DNA of 32,000 nucleotides from Methylorubrum extorquens (GCA_900234795.1 LT962688.1:2160001-2192000), one strand, 5' to 3'; positions 1 through 8,562 are shown, counted from the stretch's first letter. Notes: a model not told the origin generated them from the sequence alone. A program made the numbers and translations.

Positions 1-472
1 CCACGGTGAACGTCATGACCGTGCGTCCGGCCTCCGTCGCGGCTTCCTGTGAGGGCCGCGCGGTTGGGTGGCGATAGACGAAGTCGAGAAGCCCAGCATC
101 GCCGGGGTATCCACGGGGCTTCGTGAAGGAGTGGCGCGTGAAGGGGCACTCGTGAACGAGGCTGGCCAGCGTATGCGCGCGGGCCGCCGGCAGCACGGCT
201 TCCCGCCATGTCCGGTCACTGAAGGTCTCCTTCAGCACCCTGAGCAGATCGATGACCGCGTCCGTCAGCCCCGTGTAATTTCCCGGAACCGCAAGTCCGA
301 GGAGGCTGGTCAAGGCGCGGCTGACGTCATCCGCCACCACCGGATAGAGCGCCGCCGGCAGCTCCGTCGGGAGCCGACCGCCGTCGAGTCGTGATCGTTC
401 GAACGCCCTGAGCGAAGCGAAATCGCGCAAGCGATCCGGGTCACGAGATAAAGAAAGTTGCCCACTCGACAT
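1..472 (-). CDS. Partial CDS (N-terminal ~157 aa, continues past the left window edge): probable class I SAM-dependent methyltransferase-type protein, N-terminal accessory region
   Basis: Absent from the ORF track because it has no stop in the window. Manual minus-strand translation from ATG 472-470 gives MSSGQLSLSRDPDRLRDFASLRAFERSRLDGGRLPTELPAALYPVVADDVSRALTSLLGLAVPGNYTGLTDAVIDLLRVLKETFSDRTWREAVLPAARAHTLASLVHECPFTRHSFTKPRGYPGDAGLLDFVYRHP... It stays open to position 1 and has GC-rich third codon positions. The PF-x-R-x-x-x-KP-x-GY-x-GD-x-x-x-x-D pattern matches what I recall upstream of the methyltransferase fold in one bacterial family. The family call is from memory only. Confidence 0.45.
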   Translation of the reverse strand, partial: MSSGQLSLSRDPDRLRDFASLRAFERSRLDGGRLPTELPAALYPVVADDVSRALTSLLGLAVPGNYTGLTDAVIDLLRVLKETFSDRTWREAVLPAARAHTLASLVHECPFTRHSFTKPRGYPGDAGLLDFVYRHPTARPSQEAATEAGRTVMTFTV

Positions 473-518
473 GCTCGACCGCCCTTAGCCCCGACGCCGG
501 AGCGCATCCGGGTCTTAC

Positions 519-541
519 GGTTAAGGTTAATGAATGGTTAA
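519..541. repeat. Three copies of GGTTAA (519-524, 525-530, 536-541) in a divergent intergenic region; candidate regulator-binding repeats
   Basis: Read directly: cGGTTAAGGTTAAtgaatGGTTAAgc. An AT-rich island in otherwise GC-rich DNA, between divergent genes (472 minus-strand start, 841 plus-strand start). Confidence 0.3.
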
Positions 542-623
542 GCTTTGTCCAGAGGCTTGTCGCGCTTGTTCAAGGGCTTCGTATATCCGTGCCTGTAGGC
601 AGCGCGTCCGTATCTCGACGCGC

Positions 624-655
624 TTTTTCGCTCTTATGTGAGCGTTTTTCGCTCT
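624..655. promoter_or_regulatory. Direct repeat TTTTTCGCTCT x2 (624-634 and 645-655), 21-nt period, upstream of the GGDEF-EAL gene; candidate operator
   Basis: Read directly: gcTTTTTCGCTCTtatgtgagcgTTTTTCGCTCTgatcc. The 21-bp spacing is about two helical turns. No functional evidence. Confidence 0.3.
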
Positions 656-840
656 GATCCGGCGGAGTGCGGCCTGCTCAGCGCTGCCGGGGCCTGTGCC
701 GTGCGCGCCGCACCGGCCGATCAGGGCGCGGCACAGCCAAAGATCCCGAATGATGACGCATCAAGGATTTGATACCCAGGCAGTGCGATCCACAGCGATG
801 GAGCCCGCATTAAGGGTTTTGGGACACCGCGTTGGTATCG

Positions 841-2868
841 ATGCTGGATGAGGCTCGGTCCACGATGAACAGCGATACGCTCGATTTACTCGATCAGGAG
901 CTCGGCAAGCGTTGGTTTCAACGCCGTTCGCCGATTCTGAATGCCGCTTTCAGGGCGCAATACGCACAGGCGATGCGCGAAGAGATGGGTCGCGCGTGTC
1001 AGTTGGTGGGCCTGCTCTACGTCGCGTTCGGCGTGATGGACGCGCTCCTCATCCGCGACATGCTCCCCTACCTCATCGCGCTGCGTCTCGTGCTCGGCGT
1101 GGGCTACGTCACTTCGATCATGCTGCAGGTCCGTCGCGGCGCCGATACGCAGACCCTCGAGCTTCAGTGCTCACTTGGCATCTATGTCGGCTTCGCAGCC
1201 TGGCTCTATCTTGCGACCCAGAGTTCCGATGAAACAGCGATCCTCTACTATGCCGGATACGGCTTGATCTTCATGCTGGTCGCGAACCTGTTTTTCAACC
1301 TCAGTTTCAGGTTCGCCCTGCTCTCGTCAGGCCTGATCACCGCGACATTTCTGTTTTGGGCTCTCCGTTCGAATGGGAATTCATCCTACATCATCTGCTT
1401 TAGTTCTTTATATGTACTGAGTTTTCTGCTCACGGCGTTCCTTAATCTCAAGTACAATCGAGAGCGGTACCGCGTGCATTTGAACGCGTGCCGGGCCGAG
1501 CTGCAGCAGCGTGAGGTGGTTCAACGCGGTGAGGAGCTGTTCCGACTGTCCACGACCGACGTTCTGACGGGCTTGGCCAACCGCCGCGCGATCGACAGCG
1601 TCCTGCAGGAACTCTGGCTCGCCAATGTCAACTCGGGGCAGGCGTTCGGCGTGATCCTGATCGATGTCGATTTCTTCAAGCTCTACAACGACCGCTACGG
1701 GCATCAACGGGGCGATAGCTGCCTCGCCGCTTTGGGGGAGGCGATGCGCGGCGCTGCCGATAAGAGGCGGTATGCCATCGGGCGCTTCGGAGGCGAGGAG
1801 TTCGCAGCGCTGTTTCAGGCGGATTCAGCCGAACAGGTTCTCGAATTCGCTGAGGAAGTTCGTCAAGCCGTCGAGGCGTTGCAGATCCCCCATGCAGCAC
1901 GGCGTGATCCGCTCTCCCATGTCACGGTGAGCATCGGAGCGGCGTTCTCTGCAGATGTCGCGGAGGATAAGCCGGAGCGTGCGATTTCCGCAGCTGACGA
2001 CGCTCTCTATGTCGCGAAGGAAGAAGGCCGCAATCGCGCGCGAATTTTCAATGCGAGGATGCGCCATAGCACCGAGAGCGATGATCTGAATGCGGAGATG
2101 CTTCGAGCGGCTGTTACGGATGGGCGCATATCCGCGGTCTTTCAGCCCATCGTCGATGCCTCAAGCGGACGCATCTGGGCCGCGGAGACGCTTATGCGAC
2201 TCAAGGACACGCAAGGCCGTGCGATCTCCCCGGAAACGTTCATCCCTGTCGCCGAGCGCACGGGTGCCATTCTTGAGATGGGCGCATGGATCCTGCGTCA
2301 GGCTTGCGACCTTCTCGCGAGCGAGCCCGAACTACCCATCGTCAGCGTGAACATCTCCGCACGACAAATTTCCGAACCGAACTTCATCAGTTCCGTCGAA
2401 GCCATCGTCCGAGCCGCCGGCATCGCTCCGTCACGCCTTGCTCTGGAGATCACCGAGAGCGGGGAGATCAGTGGCAACCCAGAAGTCGCTCAGTTGATGG
2501 ATCGGCTCAACACGATCGGGATCCGTGTTTGGCTGGATGATTTCGGGACGGGTTTTGCGGGCCTTACCTGCCTGAGTGAACTGCGTTTTGATATGGTGAA
2601 GATCGACCGTTTCTTTGTGCAGAGCTGTGATACCCCGCGTGGGGCAAAGCTGCTCAAAAACATCATCGACTTGGTCAACAATTGCGCGCAGAGACCGATC
2701 GTCGAAGGCGTTGAAGAGGCGTGGCAGATCGACCTTGTGTCGTCCTTCGGCGCGGATCTCTTCCAAGGCTATCACCTCGGCAGGCCAATGCCCCGCAGCG
2801 AACTTAAGCTGATGCTTTCTGAGTATTTACCTTCAAATGAGAATTTAGAAATGCAGCACGGTAGTTGA
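841..2868 (+). CDS. Membrane-anchored GGDEF-EAL protein (diguanylate cyclase / c-di-GMP phosphodiesterase)
   Basis: ORF 832-2868; first ATG at 841 (TTG at 832 is an alternative). About 200 hydrophobic N-terminal residues with several predicted TM helices. GGDEF domain with intact RFGGEEFAALF active-site motif and DVDFFKLYND. EAL domain with ETLMRL, ALEITES, DDFGTG and QGYHLGRP motifs. Confidence 0.9.
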   Translation: MLDEARSTMNSDTLDLLDQELGKRWFQRRSPILNAAFRAQYAQAMREEMGRACQLVGLLYVAFGVMDALLIRDMLPYLIALRLVLGVGYVTSIMLQVRRGADTQTLELQCSLGIYVGFAAWLYLATQSSDETAILYYAGYGLIFMLVANLFFNLSFRFALLSSGLITATFLFWALRSNGNSSYIICFSSLYVLSFLLTAFLNLKYNRERYRVHLNACRAELQQREVVQRGEELFRLSTTDVLTGLANRRAIDSVLQELWLANVNSGQAFGVILIDVDFFKLYNDRYGHQRGDSCLAALGEAMRGAADKRRYAIGRFGGEEFAALFQADSAEQVLEFAEEVRQAVEALQIPHAARRDPLSHVTVSIGAAFSADVAEDKPERAISAADDALYVAKEEGRNRARIFNARMRHSTESDDLNAEMLRAAVTDGRISAVFQPIVDASSGRIWAAETLMRLKDTQGRAISPETFIPVAERTGAILEMGAWILRQACDLLASEPELPIVSVNISARQISEPNFISSVEAIVRAAGIAPSRLALEITESGEISGNPEVAQLMDRLNTIGIRVWLDDFGTGFAGLTCLSELRFDMVKIDRFFVQSCDTPRGAKLLKNIIDLVNNCAQRPIVEGVEEAWQIDLVSSFGADLFQGYHLGRPMPRSELKLMLSEYLPSNENLEMQHGS

Positions 2869-3279
2869 GTGTACTGCCTTCTATCTGGCGTGTTTGACTT
2901 GCGATTGCGTCGCACTTCAGCCAAGGCATTCGCGGATCTGCGCTCATCACGAAAAATGGAGCCTCGGAAATTCTCAGCGGCCTCAGGCCTGGGTCCGTCC
3001 AACAGTAAGATCCTCGCTGGTGCGGCATCCGCTTTCGAGGTGCCGCCCGGCTCGTAGGCGATAGCAAGGGCGCAACGCTGAATGCCGATCCGGCGACCGG
3101 CTGACCTCAAAGTGCCCAGGCAATCATAGGTATTGATGCGAAGAGGATTGTCAGTCGGCCCAGAGCCGGATGGGGCGGCCTGCAAGAAGCTCACGGAACT
3201 TTGCATCGCGTGCGCCGCCGCACGAGTGTATTGTGCAATCTGCGACACCATAGAGCTGCCTGATCAGGGAGTGATGATC

Positions 3280-3453
3280 ATGCGTGCTATCTACGTGTTC
3301 CTGCTTGCGCTTTCCCTCGCCACTGGGGCGTTCTGGGCAACGATGCTCATCAGCCCACCGAAGACGAGAGCGGCACCGACTGCCTTAGCCGATACGTGGG
3401 TGATCAAGAAGGATCAGCCGCCGATTGCGGACGACTACGATCCAGAGTTCTGA
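3280..3453 (+). CDS. Small hypothetical membrane/secreted protein (57 aa)
   Basis: Internal ATG of ORF 3133-3453, preceded by AGGGAG (3266-3271). MRAIYVFLLALSLATGAFWATMLISPP... looks like a signal/TM segment. No recognisable family. Confidence 0.35.
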   Translation: MRAIYVFLLALSLATGAFWATMLISPPKTRAAPTALADTWVIKKDQPPIADDYDPEF

Positions 3454-3990
3454 ATTGGGCTAAAAGACCTGCTACGGCCTATGCCGATACATGGGGCGGC
3501 GGTCGCGTCGTGTGCGATCGCGGAAGGGTCACACTGCGAGCCGCGCTGATCGGCACCTCAGCCGTTGAGCGGTATCCCCATCTCCTGGTTCGTTATTGAC
3601 ACGGCCCCTGATGGTCAGAGACCGCGCCCAACTCAATGGGTGCGACCCATCTCGCTGCGCATCGCTTCCGTGACCGCCGCTCTCATCGTCAAAGCGCTCG
3701 GATTAGATCTTCGCACGCGCGCCGCTCACATGCCGGGGCAGATGCCCTCGGTGCGATTGATGCCGGCTTTCACCTTAACCGCTGCCGGCTGAAGGGCAGC
3801 GCGTGGAAACGGCGAAGCTACCCTCAGGGGCAAGCGCCATCCCATGTGGCGCGCAACCGCGCCCCGATCCTGAACTCGGCCGCCGCGAACGGGAGGCAAT
3901 TAGTTTCTTCAATCGTCCTCGCTGTGACGGTCTAACCGCGGAGGTCGGGCCCGCCTGTTCGGTGCCTGGGCAGCGTCGAGGAGGACGAAG

Positions 3991-4314
3991 ATGGCGGCGA
4001 CCCCGCGCGAGATCAGGCTGACGGAAGAGCGCCGGCGCCTCGACGTGATCTGGGAGGATGGCACGGCCTCCCGCCTCACGGCCGCGACGCTTCGTGCCCA
4101 CAGCCGCAGCGCCGAGACCGTGCGTGCCGGGATTGACGGGCTCCCCCCCGCGCTGCCGCACGACATCGCGATCACCGACGTCGTGCCGGTCGGCGCCTAC
4201 GCTGTGAACCTCGTCTTCTCCGACGGGCACGACCGCGGGATCTTCCCCTGGTCCTACCTGCGCGCGCTCGGCGACGACACGAGCCCGTGCGCGGCCGACC
4301 GCGCGGCAGCGTGA
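3991..4314 (+). CDS. DUF971 protein (gamma-butyrobetaine hydroxylase-like N-terminal domain family)
   Basis: 107 aa. GGAGGA Shine-Dalgarno at 3978-3983. The pattern L-x-V-x-W-x-DG-x-x-S-x-L-x-A-x-x-LR-x-x-S-x-SAE ... Y-A-V-x-L-x-F-SDGH-x-x-GI-F-x-W-x-YLR is the DUF971 signature as I recall it. Confidence 0.8.
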   Translation: MAATPREIRLTEERRRLDVIWEDGTASRLTAATLRAHSRSAETVRAGIDGLPPALPHDIAITDVVPVGAYAVNLVFSDGHDRGIFPWSYLRALGDDTSPCAADRAAA

Positions 4315-4325
4315 GGGAGACGGCG

Positions 4326-6074
4326 ATGAGCGCAGCGCAAGACGCGATTCAGGACGCGACCTCGGAGGTCGCCTGCGACGTGCTGGTGATCGGCGGCGGC
4401 ACCGCCGGGCCGATGGCGGCGCTGAAGGCCAAGCTGCGCAACCCGGCGGCCCGGGTGATCTTGCTGGAGAAAGCCAACGTCAAGCGCTCGGGCGCGATCA
4501 GCATGGGCATGGACGGGCTCAACAACGCCGTCATTCCCGGCTACGCCACGCCGGAGCAGTACACCAAGGAAATCACCATCGCGAACGACGGCATCTGCGA
4601 TCAGGCGCCGGTCTACAAATATGCCGAAAACTGCTTCGAGATCATCCAGGAACTCGACCGTTTCGGCATCCGCTTCCAGCGCGACGGCAACGGCGATTAC
4701 GACGTCAAGAAGGTGCATCATCTCGGCACCTACGTGCTGCCGATGCCCAACGGCGACACCGTCAAGAAGGCGCTCTACCGGCAATTGCGCAAGGCGCAGG
4801 TGCTGATCTCGAACCGCTTCATGGCGACCCGGCTTCTCAACGCGCCCGACGGCGCGGTGGCCGGGGCAGTGGCGGTCAATACCCGCACCGCCGAGTTCCT
4901 GGTGATCCGCGCCAAGGCGGTGATCCTCTGCCTCGGGGCGGCCGGGCGGCTCGGCCTGCCGCATTCGGGCTATCTGTGGGGCACCTACGAGAACGCCGCC
5001 AATTCCGGCGACGGCTATTCGATGGCCTACCACGCGGGGGCCGGGCTCGCGAACCTCGAATGCTTTCAGATCAACCCGCTGATCAAGGACTATAACGGCC
5101 CCGCCTGCGCCTACGTCGCCGGGCCGTTCGGCGCCTATACAGCCAACAGCGAGGGCAACCGCTTCATCGAGTGCGACTACTGGTCGGGCCAGATGATGCA
5201 GGAATTCTACAACGAACTCTCGAGCGGCAAGGGCCCGGTCTTCCTCAAGCTCGACCATCTCCACGCCGACACGGTCTCGGAGATCGAGACGATCCTGCAC
5301 AAGGTCGAGCGGCCCTCGCGCGGACGCTTCCACGAGAACCGCGGTACCGATTACCGCCACCGTATGGTCGAGATGCACATCTCGGAGGTGGGTTTCTGCT
5401 CCGGCCACAGCGCGTCGGGCGTGTTCGTCGACGAATTCGCCCGCACCACCGTGCCGGGCCTGTACTCGGCCGGCGACATGGCCAACGTCCCCCACAACTA
5501 CATGCTCGGCGCCTTCACCAACGGGGCGGTGGCGGGTGAGCACGCGATCGACCATGCGGGCGCGATCGACCTGCCTGAGATCGATGCCGAGGCGGTGGCG
5601 CGCGAGCGCGAGCGGGTGCTGGCGCCGACGCGGCGCGCGGACGGCATTCCCCCGAACCAGATCGAGTACAAGACCCGCCGCTTCGTCAACGACTACCTGC
5701 AGCCGCCCAAGGTCACGGCGAAGATGGAGATCGGGCAGCGGCGCTTTGCCGAGATCCGCGAGGATCTGGAGACGCGGATGGTCGCCCGCGACAGCCACGA
5801 GCTGATGCGGGCGCTGGAGGCGTCCTCGATCCTCGACTGCGCCGAGATGGCCGCCCACGCCTCGCTCTACCGCACCGAGAGCCGCTGGGGCCTCTACCAC
5901 AACCGCACAGACTACCCCGAGAAGAACGACGCGGAGTGGTTCTGCCACACGATCCTGCGGAAGGTGGAGGGCCGCATGGTCAGCGAGAAGCGGCCGATCA
6001 CGCCGTACATCGTGCCGATCGAGGCGGACGAGCGCGGCGCCTACGACCGCCAGCGTGTCCGCAAGCAGGCTTGA
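4326..6074 (+). CDS. FAD-dependent flavoprotein of the fumarate reductase/succinate dehydrogenase superfamily, adenylylsulfate-reductase alpha (AprA)-like
   Basis: ATG at 4326 after GGGAGA (4314-4319). 582 aa. N-terminal dinucleotide fold DVLVIGGGTAGPMAA; later LGAAGRLG, SGDGYSMAYHAGA, GLYSAGDMA. Length and overall pattern resemble AprA-type proteins more than SdhA/FrdA (recollection, not a search). An adjacent small ferredoxin is in the AprB-like position. Confidence 0.8.
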   Translation: MSAAQDAIQDATSEVACDVLVIGGGTAGPMAALKAKLRNPAARVILLEKANVKRSGAISMGMDGLNNAVIPGYATPEQYTKEITIANDGICDQAPVYKYAENCFEIIQELDRFGIRFQRDGNGDYDVKKVHHLGTYVLPMPNGDTVKKALYRQLRKAQVLISNRFMATRLLNAPDGAVAGAVAVNTRTAEFLVIRAKAVILCLGAAGRLGLPHSGYLWGTYENAANSGDGYSMAYHAGAGLANLECFQINPLIKDYNGPACAYVAGPFGAYTANSEGNRFIECDYWSGQMMQEFYNELSSGKGPVFLKLDHLHADTVSEIETILHKVERPSRGRFHENRGTDYRHRMVEMHISEVGFCSGHSASGVFVDEFARTTVPGLYSAGDMANVPHNYMLGAFTNGAVAGEHAIDHAGAIDLPEIDAEAVARERERVLAPTRRADGIPPNQIEYKTRRFVNDYLQPPKVTAKMEIGQRRFAEIREDLETRMVARDSHELMRALEASSILDCAEMAAHASLYRTESRWGLYHNRTDYPEKNDAEWFCHTILRKVEGRMVSEKRPITPYIVPIEADERGAYDRQRVRKQA

Positions 6075-6088
6075 GACCGGAGACATCC

Positions 6089-6322
6089 ATGCCCCTCGCC
6101 CACCAGCCCAGTGCGGTCCCGGTCACCGTGGACCCGGAAAAATGCATCGCCGACAAGGGCTGCACGGTCTGCGTCGATGTCTGCCCCCTCGACGTCCTGC
6201 GGATCAGCGACCTCACCGGCAAGGCCTACATGAAGTACGACGAGTGCTGGTACTGCATGCCCTGCGAGACCGACTGCCCGACCGGCGCCGTCACCGTCCA
6301 GATCCCCTACCTGCTGCGGTGA
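6089..6322 (+). CDS. 2x[4Fe-4S] ferredoxin (short AprB-like partner)
   Basis: ATG 6089, 14 nt after the flavoprotein stop, preceded by GGAGAC. 77 aa with two cluster motifs: C-x6-C-x2-C-x3-CP (CIADKGCTVCVDVCP) and C-x2-C-x2-C-x3-CP (CWYCMPCETDCP). Confidence 0.85.
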   Translation: MPLAHQPSAVPVTVDPEKCIADKGCTVCVDVCPLDVLRISDLTGKAYMKYDECWYCMPCETDCPTGAVTVQIPYLLR

Positions 6323-6327
6323 GCCCG

Positions 6328-7299
6328 ATGCCCATCACCGATCCGTTCGAGGATTTTGGCGAAGTTGCCGAGATCGCCCGCGGCCTCGACGATGCCGACC
6401 CGGCGGTGCGCCGCGTCGCGGTCCTCGCGCTCGCCGAGACCGCCGACCCGGAGGCCGTGCCCCCGCTCGCCCGGGCCGCCGCCGATCCCGATCCGGACGT
6501 GCGGCGGCAGGCGGCCCTCTCGCTCGGCGGCTTCGACGGACCCGAGACGGCGGCGGCGCTGGCGGGCGCGCTCACCGATCCCGACCGTTCGGTCGCGACG
6601 GCGGCGGCCGAGAGCCTGACGGAGTTGAAGGATGCCCGCGCCGGCGATCCGCTGCTGCCGCTCGCCGGGCACGGCGATGCCTTCGTGCGGGCGGCGGCCC
6701 TGCGGGCGCTTCGGGGGCTGAGGCTGCCCGCCGCGCTCGGGCCCGCGGTTGCGGCGCTCGGCGATCCGGAGCCGGCGGTGCGGGCGCAGGGCGTCGGCGT
6801 CATCGCCTACCTGAAGCGGGAGGAGGCGCTGCCCTCGCTCATCGCCGCGACCCGCGACGCGGATGCCGAGGTGCGCCGCGCCGCGGTCGGCGGCCTCGCC
6901 TTCGCCCGCCACGCCAGCGCCGTCGAGGCGATCGCGGCAGCCCTGCACGACGCCGAGTGGAGCGTGCGCGAGACCGCCGCCGAGGCCCTTGGACGGGCCG
7001 GGACGGCCGAAGGTGCCGAAGCGAGCGGCGAGGTGCTGATCGCGGCGCTCGGCGACGCCACATGGCAGGTTCGCCAGAAGGCCCTGCGCAGCCTCGGGCG
7101 GCTCAGGTTCCGCCGCGCCGTGCCGACGGTGCTGGCGGCGTTGTCTGAGGAGATGGCGTCCCTGCGCAAGGAGGCGGCGGCCGCGCTCGGCGAGATCGCC
7201 GACCCGGCCGCGCAAGCGGGTCTGGAGGGCATCGCGAACGATCCCGATCCGGACGTGCGCAAGACCGCGCGCTGGGCGCTGGCGCGGCTGGCGGCGTAG
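6328..7299 (+). CDS. HEAT-repeat (PBS-lyase HEAT-like) protein
   Basis: ATG 6328, 5 nt after the ferredoxin stop. The longer track ORF from 6055 reads across the ferredoxin gene out of frame. About 10 repeats of D-P/A-x-x-x-V-R-x-x-A-x-x-A-L-G/A, e.g. DPAVRRVAVLALAE, DPDVRRQAALSLGG, DAEVRRAAVGGLAF, DPDVRKTARWALAR. Confidence 0.8.
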   Translation: MPITDPFEDFGEVAEIARGLDDADPAVRRVAVLALAETADPEAVPPLARAAADPDPDVRRQAALSLGGFDGPETAAALAGALTDPDRSVATAAAESLTELKDARAGDPLLPLAGHGDAFVRAAALRALRGLRLPAALGPAVAALGDPEPAVRAQGVGVIAYLKREEALPSLIAATRDADAEVRRAAVGGLAFARHASAVEAIAAALHDAEWSVRETAAEALGRAGTAEGAEASGEVLIAALGDATWQVRQKALRSLGRLRFRRAVPTVLAALSEEMASLRKEAAAALGEIADPAAQAGLEGIANDPDPDVRKTARWALARLAA

Positions 7300-7443
7300 A
7301 GAGCGCCTCGCTCCGGTCGCAGGGCCGGAGCCGGGCTCATACCAAATCCGGTTGATTCCTTCGGGATGGCGGATTTGGGCTTCGGTGGGATCCCATCGCG
7401 CTGGCGCGATGGGTGCCCTCCTCAAGCGCCGCGCGGGCTGACC

Positions 7444-7480
7444 GATACGGTTCCCGCTTTGATCAAGCGGAAACCGTATC
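7444..7480. terminator. Strong hairpin at the convergent junction between the HEAT-repeat gene and the Crp/Fnr gene (possible bidirectional terminator)
   Basis: GATACGGTTCCCGCTT (7444-7459), loop TGATC, AAGCGGAAACCGTATC (7465-7480): 16-nt arms with one mismatch. It overlaps the regulator's stop codon (7479-7481). There is no U-tract on either side, so intrinsic-terminator function is uncertain. Confidence 0.4.
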
Positions 7481-8243
7481 ACCCCTCGGTCAGGACGATC
7501 TCCTGCAGCCGCCCGGGCCGAACCAGGCGGATATGCGTCGCATCGACGGACACGATGCCCTCGCGCTGGAACCGCTTGAGCATCATCGTCACCCATTGCC
7601 GGGTCGAGCCGACGAGGGCCGCGAGTTCGTCGTGGGTGATGCGGCGGCGGATGATCACCGTGCCGTTCTCAGGGGTCCCGTAGAGGTCGCCGAGATTGAG
7701 AAGAAGCTGCGCCAGCCGCTCGATCACCGAGCGTGTGCCGAGCATCTGCGCCATGGCGGTGTAGCAGCGCCCCTTGGCCTCCAGCGCGGCGATGAGGCAG
7801 AGCGCGAAGCCCGGCATCTGGCGGATCAGCCCGCGCAGGGTCGCGCTCGACAGCACGGTGACGCGCACCGGCTCGATCGCCACGCCCGACCATTGATGGC
7901 AGCCGCCGCCATAGATGCTCGGGCCGCCGATGAAGTGGCCCGGCGTCCAGTAGGCCAGCGTCACCTGCCGGCCCGACGGCCCCGAATAGAACACCCGGAC
8001 CCGCCCCTCCTCGATCAGGAAGATGCCCTCGTGCGGCGCCCCTTGGGTAAAGACGCTCTCGCCGGGCGCGAGGCTCACCGTGCGGCCGGCGGCGCGCACC
8101 CGAGCGCTCTCGGCGGGGGTGAGCCCGTCGAGGAAGCCCGCTCCGTCGTCGAGCCCCTCGACCGTCTCGCTGAGGAACAGCGCACTGGCGATCAGGGGCG
8201 CCGGACGGCGGGGTTCGGACAGGGCGAGCGGTGCCGACGACAT
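7479..8243 (-). CDS. Crp/Fnr-family transcriptional regulator
   Basis: ORF 7479-8378; I favour the ATG at 8243 (MSSAPLAL...), with 8291 as an alternative. cNMP-binding-like beta-roll (GESVFTQGAPHEGIFLIEEGRVRVF). C-terminal HTH (ITHDELAALVGSTRQWVTMMLKRFQREGIV). Confidence 0.85.
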   Translation of the reverse strand: MSSAPLALSEPRRPAPLIASALFLSETVEGLDDGAGFLDGLTPAESARVRAAGRTVSLAPGESVFTQGAPHEGIFLIEEGRVRVFYSGPSGRQVTLAYWTPGHFIGGPSIYGGGCHQWSGVAIEPVRVTVLSSATLRGLIRQMPGFALCLIAALEAKGRCYTAMAQMLGTRSVIERLAQLLLNLGDLYGTPENGTVIIRRRITHDELAALVGSTRQWVTMMLKRFQREGIVSVDATHIRLVRPGRLQEIVLTEG

Positions 8244-8343
8244 GGGAACCTCGGGAAAACGTTCGGGTGCGAGGCCCAGAGCATGACCCATCTCCCGCTC
8301 TCGATTATCGACGCGGCCTGCTTGAGAGCAATTCCAAATCGGG

Positions 8344-8353
8344 CTGTCGACAG
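8344..8353. promoter_or_regulatory. 10-bp perfect palindrome CTGTCGACAG in the divergent regulator/ABC-transporter control region
   Basis: Read directly, in a lower-GC intergenic stretch (8244-8562). It does not match TTGAT-N4-ATCAA or TGTGA-N6-TCACA, so it is only a candidate operator. Confidence 0.2.
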
Positions 8354-8562
8354 AACACATTCTTCTCCTGTCAAACATTTCGCGAGAAGAGATTTTCTTC
8401 GGCTCAAGAACAGTTGCGCATCGATCCAGAAACTCGACTTTCCAACGAAATTAATTGCTCGCCGCAACGGCTGTCCGAACGGCACATCCACGAGGTCGCC
8501 GCCCTCGCGAGCGGCCGACGCACTCGCCTCGACGGACTTGCCTCGCCTCACGGAGCCTCACG

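Noticed and set aside
2772-3251. 159-aa minus-strand ORF overlapping the 3' end of the GGDEF-EAL gene
   Set aside because: No recognisable domain, odd composition, a ~97-nt overlap with a confident gene and no obvious Shine-Dalgarno. Possibly a remnant, but not supportable as a CDS.
4254-6086. 610-aa minus-strand ORF fully antisense to the AprA-like flavoprotein gene. Similar long ORFs: 6307-7596(-), 7413-9575(+), 8740-10113(-), 9816-10904(-), 10769-11725(-), 11707-13053(-), 12777-13874(+), 13808-14935(+), 14869-15732(+), 17417-18592(+), 19533-20678(-), 19859-21223(+), 21103-22440(-), 22810-23832(-), 27269-28591(+), 30745-31743(-).
   Set aside because: Their translations are Arg/Pro/Gly/Ala-rich low-complexity strings with no recognisable motifs. 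Each overlaps a gene with clear family signatures in another frame or on the other strand. Long stop-free shadow frames are expected in GC-rich coding DNA.
6055-6327. N-terminal extension of the HEAT-repeat ORF (track start 6055)
   Set aside because: The extension overlaps the well-supported ferredoxin gene in a different frame and is Arg/Pro-rich. The start was reassigned to ATG 6328.
8244-8562. Crp/Fnr box in the divergent regulator/importer promoter region
   Set aside because: I found no TTGAT-N4-ATCAA or TGTGA-N6-TCACA dyad by eye. Only an unrelated 10-bp palindrome (reported at low confidence).
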